A stretch of DNA of 64,000 bases, taken from the IMG/VR virus record IMGVR_UViG_3300038461_000042, positions 1,503 to 65,502 of that record; one strand, written 5' to 3'. The translations under genes were made by a program, and so were the position numbers. This document shows, in pieces, positions 55,548-64,000 of this stretch. The stretch comes from a virus. Lineage: Duplodnaviria > Caudoviricetes. Numbering within the stretch: the first letter of the stretch is position 1; each line of letters opens with the position of its first letter. The notes below the pieces were generated by a model. The model did no database searches, was not told the origin of the DNA, and was given only the letters and a program-made list of their open reading frames with translations.

Positions 55548-56162
55548 GTGAGTGTAACATTTGAAAGAAAACTCCTCAAGGACTGGTTAGCCCTTGAGGA
55601 GATACGGGCTAAAATCTTAGAAGCGGCAGAAAGTAGGAAGGACTACGCGGAAATTTCCGCCGCCGTCCGAGGCTATATTTCCGCCGCTTCTTCTGTTGAA
55701 TACAAAGAGACTGTCTGGTTCGAGACGGTCAATGATTTTGAAAATGCTCTGAACGCGAACTTTCCCCAACATTCTTTTCCTCTCTTGAAGTCGAAAGAGA
55801 AGAACACGAAGATGCCGTGGGAGTATGAAGGAAGAACCTGGTACTACTGGTTACATATCTTTTCGACCGCCTATGGATGGTCGGAGGAACAGATTGCTCG
55901 TCTCGATATTGATACGGCTTTAGGACTTTTACAGGAAATACTTATCCATGAGCAGTTGAATAGAGAATGGGAATGGTCGTTGACTGAAATAGCCTATCCA
56001 TACAATTCGGGTACGAAGAAGTCCGAGTTCCACGAACTTCCTAGACCGGATTGGATGAAAAAGATAGTGCCAAAACCGGAGAAAATAAAGATAAGGCGCG
56101 ACCTATTACCTGTCGGAAATATTGTCGGTGAAGGGTATGAAAGCGAAACTCCTCAATCTTGA
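55548..56162 (+). CDS. Tail assembly chaperone-like protein
   Basis: AYGWSEEQIARLD motif; position. Confidence 0.55.
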   Translation: MSVTFERKLLKDWLALEEIRAKILEAAESRKDYAEISAAVRGYISAASSVEYKETVWFETVNDFENALNANFPQHSFPLLKSKEKNTKMPWEYEGRTWYYWLHIFSTAYGWSEEQIARLDIDTALGLLQEILIHEQLNREWEWSLTEIAYPYNSGTKKSEFHELPRPDWMKKIVPKPEKIKIRRDLLPVGNIVGEGYESETPQS

Positions 56163-56421
56163 AGAAGCCCTCCAAATGTACGAGTTGATTCGGAAATTCC
56201 TGCCGACCAAACCCGTTACACAGATAGAGGCAATTCATTCCATGGTGGTCAAAATGGGAGCGGAAATATATTTTGAGTGTCTAACCTTGTTAACTGGAGA
56301 GAATCGGGACGCCTTAATCAATGCCAATAAAAACGAAAGGCTTGCAACTTTTCTGAGCGGGTTTCAAGAAAACCATTTATTTGATCTCCCCCGCTTGAAA
56401 GTGGACGGATTGTATGGCTGA
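56137..56421 (+). CDS. Tail assembly chaperone-like protein
   Basis: Lies between the chaperone and tape measure genes. Confidence 0.45.
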   Translation: MKAKLLNLEEALQMYELIRKFLPTKPVTQIEAIHSMVVKMGAEIYFECLTLLTGENRDALINANKNERLATFLSGFQENHLFDLPRLKVDGLYG

Positions 56422-59308
56422 TGAAATTGATACCCTAACCACGCAAATACTTCTCAATGATAGCCAGGCTATAAAAAACTTGGCGGAATTCGCCACGTCT
56501 TTGACTACTGCCCAAGATAAAATTGCTGGATTACAGAAAGTAGTTGATGCTCTTGCCGAAAAAATGGGGGGTGATTTTGACGCGGCGAAACAAAAGGTAA
56601 AAGACTTTAATGATGTAATTGCCGCCATGCCGGGCATTTCTAGTGGATTAAAGGGATTTGATGCTTCTACATTTAATCAAATAACCGCCTCTGCACAAAA
56701 AATGGGGGAAGCGTTTCAACAAGACGCGGTTTCCATCGGGGCATTTACTACTGATATTGAAAAAACAAAGAGTTTTTTAGCAGACTTAGACCAATTTGAC
56801 AAAGACCTTGCTGCCGATAGTCCATATCAAAAAATGTCGGCGGACATAAAAGCGTGGTTGGGCACACTTGACGAAGCGGACTCAAAGGAAAAAGAGGTAA
56901 ATAATACTACCCAACAAGTTGTTCAGGCACAAAATAACGTTGGAAGTGTTGGGGTATCGGTTTGGCAAAGAATAAAAGATGCCATGTCGCAGTTGTCCGG
57001 CGAAGGAATAAATTTCACAAAAGTACTTGGGCAAATTTCTCAAGCATTTTCGGTCGCGTTCGGTATAGGAATTTACCAGCTTGTCAGCAATATTGTTAAT
57101 CAATTCAAGGAGGCTGTAAGTCTTGGATTTCAGTTGTCCCAATCTCTCTACCAGTTAAATGCTGGTATTAATATGATGAGGGAATCTGGAATAGATATAA
57201 CGATGAAAGACGTTCAGGCCTCCATTGCACAAATGGCAAAAGACATGCCATTCATTTCTGTTCCAGACTGGACAAAACTAGCTGCCCAAGTTACATATAT
57301 CGCCGGACAACTTGGATTAACCAAAGACCAAGTTGAGGGATTGATGCGGGCAACGGCTATAGTTGCACAAGATATGGGGACAGATACGCTCTCGGCGCTC
57401 CAGAAAATTATGGGTGCGTTGGACAGCGATACGGCGGCCTATCAAAGACAGTTATTACTCGGAACAAGTTATGCTATTTCCGCCCAACAGATTTATGCGG
57501 AGGCGGTAAAAGAGGGAACCGCTGGACTTGCTACATCTTATCAGCAACTTGACCAAAACGTCAAAACACAGGCGTTTATGGTTTTATTGCAGGATGAATA
57601 CAACAAACGGGTGCTGGCTGGTGGAGATTATACCAAAACACAGGCCGGACAAGTAAAAAACCTTGGGGCTGAATGGACAAACGTAAAAACCACTTTGGGA
57701 GAAGAAATAGACCCATATTTGGGAAAGATGGCGGATGAATTAAAAATAATCCTCCCGTTGGTAATAGATTTGGGGAAAGCATTTTTAGCGGTTTTTGAAC
57801 TAGCTCTTACTCCCGCCGCGGCATTATTTGGATATGTTGAAGCCAGCATCGCGTATATTATGAACGCGATAAAAAGCAAAGATTTCAATATTGGAGAGGG
57901 CATTAAGGCTGGATTGGCCGGCGCGCAAGAGGCTGTTCAGGAATTAATGAACACCATAAACCAAACTCTTGCCGGGCCTCAGACAAATACGGGAAATGAA
58001 CTTTCTCTTGGCACTCCCGCCTCCCCGAGCAAAGTTACCGACCTTACCGGAGTGGCTGGGGCGTCTGGTATGATTTCCACCCCTCAACAAGAATCTTCCG
58101 TTACCCTTGCAGAACAGGCCGAGAAAGAAATTGTCTCCATTCAGGATGAGGAGGCGGCAAAACTTGCCCAGATTCAAACCAATCTTTCCAATAAACTGAT
58201 AGACATTCAGACAAAATACAACGAAGCCTCGGAAGCATTGGCGTTAGATAAGGCTAATAAATTACAGGACATCGAAACCAAGTATGCCCGTGATTTAGCC
58301 GCGCTTTATGTGGATGAGGCGAATAAGGAACAATCAATTCAGGCGAATACTGCCGAAAGTATCGCAACCGCCAATTCAAAATATCAATTATCCAACCTGG
58401 AAGCGGAGCAGAAATATCAGGAAGATTTACAGAACCTACGCGACCAATTCAGCCTTAACTTGGAAGAGGCCCTACGCGAGCGCGATGCAAAAACCATTAT
58501 CCGCCTGATAGAACAGTACGACGAACAAAAGACCGAGAAAGCAAAACAGTACGCCGATGAGAGCATCACCAGACAGGAGAATTACCAACAAGAGATAGTT
58601 GACCTGAAAGCGCAAGAAGCCTATCAGCTACAAGAATTGCAGATAGAGACGCAACAACGCGCCCAAGCTCTCGCGGTTCAGCGCGACCAAGAAATTCAAG
58701 ACCTGAATACCGACATAGCCCGCAGACAACAGGCTCTTGCCGTTGAAAGAGACAATGAAATTGCCGCCGCCAACCAGCAAGCCCAGAGAGAAGCCGATGC
58801 CGAAAGAACCGACATAAACAATCGCTTGAAGGCATGGGCGGATGGATTAATGACCCAATACAACCTGACCAATGAACAGGTGCAGAATATCTACGCGTTA
58901 CTGAAAACCTACTTTGGCCCCAATGGATATGTAGACCAGATTTACGGTTATCTTATCGCAAGAATGGGACAGGTCGCGGCAGAAGCAATGGCAGTTGCAC
59001 AAGCCTATGGAAATATCGGATTTGGGGTTCCGGCAAACAATGTCGCTGTGACCGGAATGGCTTCTGGTGGCTCGCTCTTCGCCAACAAACCAACTTCGGT
59101 TACTTTCGGAGAAGCGGGGCCGGAATTGGCAATGTTCATTCCTTTGGGTTCTAGATTCGGGGGCGCGCCCTCCGTTGGGGCAGGAGGCATAAATGGTGGC
59201 TCAATCCAATTGCAAGTTACTTTAGACCAAAACCTTCAAGCCCAGATAGTGCAGACCTCCTTGGACAACGTGGCTCTTTCTATAGATAGAATTAACAGGC
59301 AGTCATAA
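56414..59308 (+). CDS. Tape measure protein
   Basis: 964 aa, Ala/Gln-rich helical and coiled-coil; C-terminal MASGG…FGEAGPE. Confidence 0.9.
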   Translation: MADEIDTLTTQILLNDSQAIKNLAEFATSLTTAQDKIAGLQKVVDALAEKMGGDFDAAKQKVKDFNDVIAAMPGISSGLKGFDASTFNQITASAQKMGEAFQQDAVSIGAFTTDIEKTKSFLADLDQFDKDLAADSPYQKMSADIKAWLGTLDEADSKEKEVNNTTQQVVQAQNNVGSVGVSVWQRIKDAMSQLSGEGINFTKVLGQISQAFSVAFGIGIYQLVSNIVNQFKEAVSLGFQLSQSLYQLNAGINMMRESGIDITMKDVQASIAQMAKDMPFISVPDWTKLAAQVTYIAGQLGLTKDQVEGLMRATAIVAQDMGTDTLSALQKIMGALDSDTAAYQRQLLLGTSYAISAQQIYAEAVKEGTAGLATSYQQLDQNVKTQAFMVLLQDEYNKRVLAGGDYTKTQAGQVKNLGAEWTNVKTTLGEEIDPYLGKMADELKIILPLVIDLGKAFLAVFELALTPAAALFGYVEASIAYIMNAIKSKDFNIGEGIKAGLAGAQEAVQELMNTINQTLAGPQTNTGNELSLGTPASPSKVTDLTGVAGASGMISTPQQESSVTLAEQAEKEIVSIQDEEAAKLAQIQTNLSNKLIDIQTKYNEASEALALDKANKLQDIETKYARDLAALYVDEANKEQSIQANTAESIATANSKYQLSNLEAEQKYQEDLQNLRDQFSLNLEEALRERDAKTIIRLIEQYDEQKTEKAKQYADESITRQENYQQEIVDLKAQEAYQLQELQIETQQRAQALAVQRDQEIQDLNTDIARRQQALAVERDNEIAAANQQAQREADAERTDINNRLKAWADGLMTQYNLTNEQVQNIYALLKTYFGPNGYVDQIYGYLIARMGQVAAEAMAVAQAYGNIGFGVPANNVAVTGMASGGSLFANKPTSVTFGEAGPELAMFIPLGSRFGGAPSVGAGGINGGSIQLQVTLDQNLQAQIVQTSLDNVALSIDRINRQS

Positions 59309-59646
59309 TGACATTCGCAATAAATAACACAAACTTGATTACCCAACCATCCGACCATTATTGGATGGAGCGCACCAATTTGGGCTATGATGGGAATGGA
59401 CATCCAATATACCCGACTCCAAGGCAGTACGAAATGGATTGGGATTGGCTTGAGGTAGATGCCTTTGCCCAACTCGAAGGATTTTATCTCTCGTGTACAG
59501 GGACGTGTCAAATCAGTTTACCTTGTTGGGGTAGTGCAACCGGAGGTTTTGCTACCTATTCGGCCACTTTGAGAGAGCCGACCTATTCTAAGTCCTTTGA
59601 GGGATTTTACGGGTCGGTTAAGTTCATCGCGCTAAACGTCAAATGA
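59308..59646 (+). CDS. Distal tail protein-like
   Basis: 112 aa directly after the tape measure. Confidence 0.55.
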   Translation: MTFAINNTNLITQPSDHYWMERTNLGYDGNGHPIYPTPRQYEMDWDWLEVDAFAQLEGFYLSCTGTCQISLPCWGSATGGFATYSATLREPTYSKSFEGFYGSVKFIALNVK

Positions 59647-61943
59647 CCAGTGATGCCAATATCCAACTCCTGAGAAGCCCCAACCATTACGAGGAGCTTT
59701 TTCTAAGCATTTACAACCCCACGACCATCTTCTCGGCGCAGGTGAGTGGGGCTGTTGTACAGGGCGCGCGAACAATTCCCTACAACAATTCGTCTGGTTC
59801 ATATTCAGACGTTTTCTATAATTCGGTTATGTTAGTTGGAACGGCTCCGGGATTAAGCGACCTCGGAAGAGTCAGGGTTCGCTCTGCCAATGGGTCAAGT
59901 TTTTTGGTGGCAGAGAATTGGGATATTCCATGGCAAAACGGACTATATCTAACAATCTTAAACTACATTGACCTCAACCCGATTTATCCTAGAATAATCT
60001 CGGGGACGAGTTCAAATGGCGATCCGGTCATTTTCTACAAAGATTATGACATTGCCTATACCAACCAAAACTCCATCATGGGCGCACTTCCATGTATGGG
60101 TTCTCATCAAGCAGTCTTTTTAACCAGCGGAACGGCGCAAGTCTACTGGTCTGCCACGGGGACAAATCATGTCGGCGGGGATTCAATGACCCACGCGTGG
60201 ACATTCGAGGGCGGAACACCGTCTACTTATTCAGGGATAACGCCGGGGAATGTGACCTATTCAACGCCCGGACACTATAAGACTAAATTAGTAATCACCG
60301 GAAGTAGTGGGTCAGTGGACACGAGTTTCCGATTCGTATCGGTATATCCACGCGCAAGCAATGGAGATGCCATTTCACCCATTCAAAGGTGGTCTACTGT
60401 ACAGATACAGGGAAGCAGGTCGGAGGCGGGTTACTCGGTTAACCTGAAAATCTATGACGCGATTAACATTTACGATGGCGCGCTGGTTATTATCTTTGCA
60501 GACAAAACGAGTTACGGCAATACTCAAACGACTATCGGCTCACCTATAAAATTCGTGGGATATATTCAAAAAGGAACCATCGTCTACGATTACCAGAGCA
60601 GTAACGTAGAATTTACCGCCGTCAGTGTAACGTCCATGATGAAAGACATCGAAGCGTTCTCCATTTCTTGTAACAGCGTCGCCTCTCCAACAACCTGGTA
60701 CGAGATCAAGAACATGAACGTTTCCAAGGTCTTATACCATTATCTGAAATGGCACACAACCATTCTGGATTGTACCGATGTTCAATATACCGGAGATGCA
60801 AGGATAGTCCAGTACTTCGACAGCAACAGGGAAAGCATCTATGATGCCGTTTACGATTTTATTTCCAAGGGAATACTTGGAGAGATGGTCGCAGACAGAC
60901 AGGGCAAGATATGGGTGGAAATCTCCGCTGGCGCGGTTCACAACGCGCCTTCGGTAATTCCAGTTAACATGCCTATCATAAAGAACGACTGGATGGGGGA
61001 ACCAAGCATTGAAGAAAATATCACCAAAAGGTACTCTGCCCTTGAATTGGGAGGAGTGGTGTTTAATGGAGTTGACTCAAGTATCGCAATTCTAGCCATT
61101 GCCCCCGGAATAGCCCCAGGAGTGAGAGGAAATATCAACCGGATAGAAGGCTTTATCGCCACCTCCCAAAGCCAGATGAATGATGTGGTCGGGGATTATT
61201 ACGCCTATCTGACCGCAAGATACGCAGTCTCTATGAAACTAGCGGGAAATTATAACAACATTGACATTGCCCCGATTCAACAATGCCCATTGAATATTTC
61301 CTCGTCAGATACGGTCAGAGGGATAACCTTTGCAAACAAGTCGTTCCATCCCATTCAAATGGATTGGGTATATGACGCACAAAATGGATCTATTTATCCA
61401 AGTGTAAAGTTTGCTTTAATTACAAATGGACTCGTCGGAGGAACAGAAGCGGTTGCCTCTACGCCCACCGGAACTTCTTATTCAGTTCCTACGGGGACAT
61501 CGGGGCAGTCCATTACCATTCCAGACATTCCACCGATTGACATACCGACCATTCCGCCAATGACAGTACCTCCGTTGGGGCTTCCATCCATGCCACCCAT
61601 ACCGTTACCAAGTCTTAACATGGGTACAATCCCTCCGACATGGGTGATTGCCAATCCAGTCGCAGGAACGGTTTTGGGGCCTTATATTCCATATACCAAG
61701 ACACTTGCATTAATAGTCGCCTCTACGGATACCGGGACGGTGACATTTGACCTGGAGGTCAGAGTTTTACCTAACGTAACCGGAGGGCGTGTGAACGAGC
61801 CGGATATTACCGCCACCAGTAGCGGAGTTAAGGTCGTTCCCGATACCAATACCATTGCTTTATCGGGAGAATGGTTGGTTTTGACCATTACAAGCACATC
61901 TGGAAGCCCGACAGAGTTCGCGGTTAGCGTGGTGACACAATGA
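59643..61943 (+). CDS. Baseplate hub/central tail protein with PKD domain
   Basis: WTFEGGTPST…VTYSTPGHY..KL PKD motif; ADRQG hub motif; Pro-rich linker. Confidence 0.7.
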   Translation: MTSDANIQLLRSPNHYEELFLSIYNPTTIFSAQVSGAVVQGARTIPYNNSSGSYSDVFYNSVMLVGTAPGLSDLGRVRVRSANGSSFLVAENWDIPWQNGLYLTILNYIDLNPIYPRIISGTSSNGDPVIFYKDYDIAYTNQNSIMGALPCMGSHQAVFLTSGTAQVYWSATGTNHVGGDSMTHAWTFEGGTPSTYSGITPGNVTYSTPGHYKTKLVITGSSGSVDTSFRFVSVYPRASNGDAISPIQRWSTVQIQGSRSEAGYSVNLKIYDAINIYDGALVIIFADKTSYGNTQTTIGSPIKFVGYIQKGTIVYDYQSSNVEFTAVSVTSMMKDIEAFSISCNSVASPTTWYEIKNMNVSKVLYHYLKWHTTILDCTDVQYTGDARIVQYFDSNRESIYDAVYDFISKGILGEMVADRQGKIWVEISAGAVHNAPSVIPVNMPIIKNDWMGEPSIEENITKRYSALELGGVVFNGVDSSIAILAIAPGIAPGVRGNINRIEGFIATSQSQMNDVVGDYYAYLTARYAVSMKLAGNYNNIDIAPIQQCPLNISSSDTVRGITFANKSFHPIQMDWVYDAQNGSIYPSVKFALITNGLVGGTEAVASTPTGTSYSVPTGTSGQSITIPDIPPIDIPTIPPMTVPPLGLPSMPPIPLPSLNMGTIPPTWVIANPVAGTVLGPYIPYTKTLALIVASTDTGTVTFDLEVRVLPNVTGGRVNEPDITATSSGVKVVPDTNTIALSGEWLVLTITSTSGSPTEFAVSVVTQ

Positions 61944-62479
61944 CGATAAACCAAGTTCCCGAAGATGGTCAGTTGGAAATAACCACTATTTATCATAATA
62001 CTCATTATGGATTTTTTCCCGCCACCAATTGGTCTTATACGATAACCCTAACGTCCTTGGGGGCGGCGGGGTTTTATAAAGATGTAGAGGCGCAGATACC
62101 GGCCAATTTAGTATATTCTTGGACGTGGACAGGTAGTGGCAACGCCCTTGTTTCCGGACCTGGTCCAAATGCTTGGTATTGGAACCGGGCAAAGTTTTGG
62201 ACACCAGAAAATTACAGCGAGATTGCTTACCAGTATTATAAAGTAGATTTTGTCATTCATTCTGACGATTTCATAGATATTGGTTATATTCCATTACACA
62301 TAAAACCCGATATTGAGATGACAGGCATTGGGCGCGTTACCGAAGATAACACATGGGAAACGGCCTATGATGTTACCCAAAGCGGACTCAATGATTTTTC
62401 CGGTTCCTTTACGGTAAGAACCCACCCATATGGAATGAATGCCGTCAATGTGGTTCAAATGCTGATAGGATTATCCTGA
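61940..62479 (+). CDS. Minor tail protein
   Basis: Aromatic, beta-rich; ATGA coupling. Confidence 0.5.
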   Translation: MTINQVPEDGQLEITTIYHNTHYGFFPATNWSYTITLTSLGAAGFYKDVEAQIPANLVYSWTWTGSGNALVSGPGPNAWYWNRAKFWTPENYSEIAYQYYKVDFVIHSDDFIDIGYIPLHIKPDIEMTGIGRVTEDNTWETAYDVTQSGLNDFSGSFTVRTHPYGMNAVNVVQMLIGLS

Positions 62480-62499
62480 AAGTCCGAATTGACTCGTAA

Positions 62500-64000
62500 A
62501 TGGCAAATCTAAGTAAATCTCTCGCCAACCTGAAAAGTACCATCGAGCCGAGAAAGCAGCAAATCTCCGGTTCTTTAGGTATTATCACAGGAGGGCAGTA
62601 TGTTGTGAACGTCCCCGGCAGACCGGGCTTCGTTTATGTGAGAATACTTGGAAACACCAGCGAATTAATTCAAGCCTACAACGACCAAGTTTCCAATGTT
62701 TACGACCTCCCGGTTACATTAATACGCGATGCCACAAAATACATTGTGGTTGGTAGGGATGTAGCCAGATACGCCTCATGGGGATATTCGTCTTACATTC
62801 CTGCCCATGGAGCCAACCATTCATTCGGAGGAACCGACCCGGTTTGGATATATTCAGAACAGTTCGTTCCGTTCAGTGTTTCACCGTCTGGAACGAGTCT
62901 GACTATCGCCCCGTATGTGTATAACTGGAATGGACAATGGAAACAAGGTGGGAATACGGGTACTTCAACAATCACTCTTCCGTCCGACCCAACCAAACAA
63001 AGTGTCATGCTTTTATACATTGACGGAGCGACAAGTAATCCAACCTGGCTTCCCGGAACAGAAGCGCCGATAGGATTAGCGACAAAACAACAACTCTATC
63101 CCTATTTACCAGACTTCTCATCTTCTCTTGGTATTCCCATAGCGATGTACGCCGTTCCATCGGGAACGACTTCCTTCAATTGGAATTATCTATATGACAT
63201 AAGACAATATTTTATGGGTTCTATGTCGGGTTCATCGGGAGGAGGAATATCAGAAGCCCCGGTGGATGGAAATATTTACGGACGAAAGAACGCGGGGTGG
63301 GCTATTGTTTCTGGTTCATCCACTACTGGTTCTAGTTACTCTTTACCAACGGGTTCATCGAGCATTCTTGGGGGATATAGAGTTGGTTTGGGATTGGGGG
63401 TTTATCCAGATGGAACATTGAACGTCACCGGAAGTAACGGAAATATTCAATCCATTGCTAACGTTTCTAATCCTCCCACTTCCGCCGAATTAATCGCAGT
63501 TCTTGGCACTCCCGACGAAAATTCCCAAAATTCTTATATATTGAATGACAATGGGGCGGGAAATAATACCTATTTGATAGTTTCTGATGGAGGACATTAT
63601 CTTGTTCTTCCACTGGCGCGTACACAAGAAGTCCTTCCCGTTCTTGGAAGCATCACAACAGCGACCATTTGTACCGGCGGAACGAACTCATGGTATGGCA
63701 GGGCTTCCATAAAAGAGTTATCAAACCATACCCTCGTTCTTGTTTATTATCATTCTTCGGGGCATTCAACCAATGATGGTGCGCTCCATATTCGTTTTTC
63801 AACGGATTACGGAGCAACTTGGACAGCAGAGGATAAATATACGGATGGTTCAAGTGTAAGCGGTTTCCCAATGAATCCAACTGAGGCGAGTGCGGGCGAG
63901 GATGCTGGTGAACCTTGGTTAATGATTGCTCCTAATGGGGACTTATTATTACATATGTGGAGAGTACATTATGCCGTAACCGCCAACGGAACTTATCAAA
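62500..64000 (+). CDS. Tail fibre/spike with foldon-like motif and BNR/Asp-box domain (truncated by the window edge)
   Basis: ATG at 62500 open to the end (my translation; missing from the track); EAPVDGNIYGRKNAGW at 63253-63300; Asp-box STDYGATW near 63800. Confidence 0.75.
   Translation, partial: MANLSKSLANLKSTIEPRKQQISGSLGIITGGQYVVNVPGRPGFVYVRILGNTSELIQAYNDQVSNVYDLPVTLIRDATKYIVVGRDVARYASWGYSSYIPAHGANHSFGGTDPVWIYSEQFVPFSVSPSGTSLTIAPYVYNWNGQWKQGGNTGTSTITLPSDPTKQSVMLLYIDGATSNPTWLPGTEAPIGLATKQQLYPYLPDFSSSLGIPIAMYAVPSGTTSFNWNYLYDIRQYFMGSMSGSSGGGISEAPVDGNIYGRKNAGWAIVSGSSTTGSSYSLPTGSSSILGGYRVGLGLGVYPDGTLNVTGSNGNIQSIANVSNPPTSAELIAVLGTPDENSQNSYILNDNGAGNNTYLIVSDGGHYLVLPLARTQEVLPVLGSITTATICTGGTNSWYGRASIKELSNHTLVLVYYHSSGHSTNDGALHIRFSTDYGATWTAEDKYTDGSSVSGFPMNPTEASAGEDAGEPWLMIAPNGDLLLHMWRVHYAVTANGTYQ

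Noticed and set aside
55548-56421. Programmed frameshift between tail chaperones
   Set aside because: No convincing slippery heptamer at the overlap, and the second ORF has its own plausible start.
1-64000. Diversity-generating retroelement, retron, integrase/att site or tRNA genes
   Set aside because: I saw no reverse transcriptase or recombinase motifs, no template/variable repeat pair and no cloverleaf by eye; a tRNA scan was not run.

Overview
This window is almost all of a circularly permuted, tailed dsDNA phage genome. It has siphovirus-type tail genes, no sheath, and no integrase or CI-type repressor that I can recognise. The host is not shown by the sequence; a Chloroflexota-like host is only my impression from the gene types. 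Order along the window: end of the tail-fibre module (1-1175); lysis module and a metallophosphoesterase (1203-5664); a non-coding gap holding a highly structured ~340-nt RNA candidate with its own promoter and terminator (5930-6310, minus); a leftward replication/recombination operon with DUF550, DnaB, an HTH initiator, HNH, RecT and a Cro-like gene (6336-16709); a rightward block with rtcB flanked by 17-bp direct repeats and NinG (16819-19519); leftward small early genes (19603-23658); then a long late region with HNH, ferritin, terminases, portal, protease, capsid and a NUMOD3/HNH endonuclease. A ~13.4-kb glycosyltransferase and nucleotide-sugar cluster (36365-49762) follows, partly inverted, with a split TPP enzyme, a degenerate RfbH and one nonsense-interrupted gene. 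Head-tail, tail, tape-measure and tail-fibre genes run off the right edge. The two strongest leads are (1) a probable virion-glycosylation system whose candidate acceptor motif [S/T]-G-[S/T] recurs in outer virion proteins but is absent from the tape measure, and (2) the pseudoknotted ncRNA candidate. All family assignments come from motif recognition by eye; no database search was run.
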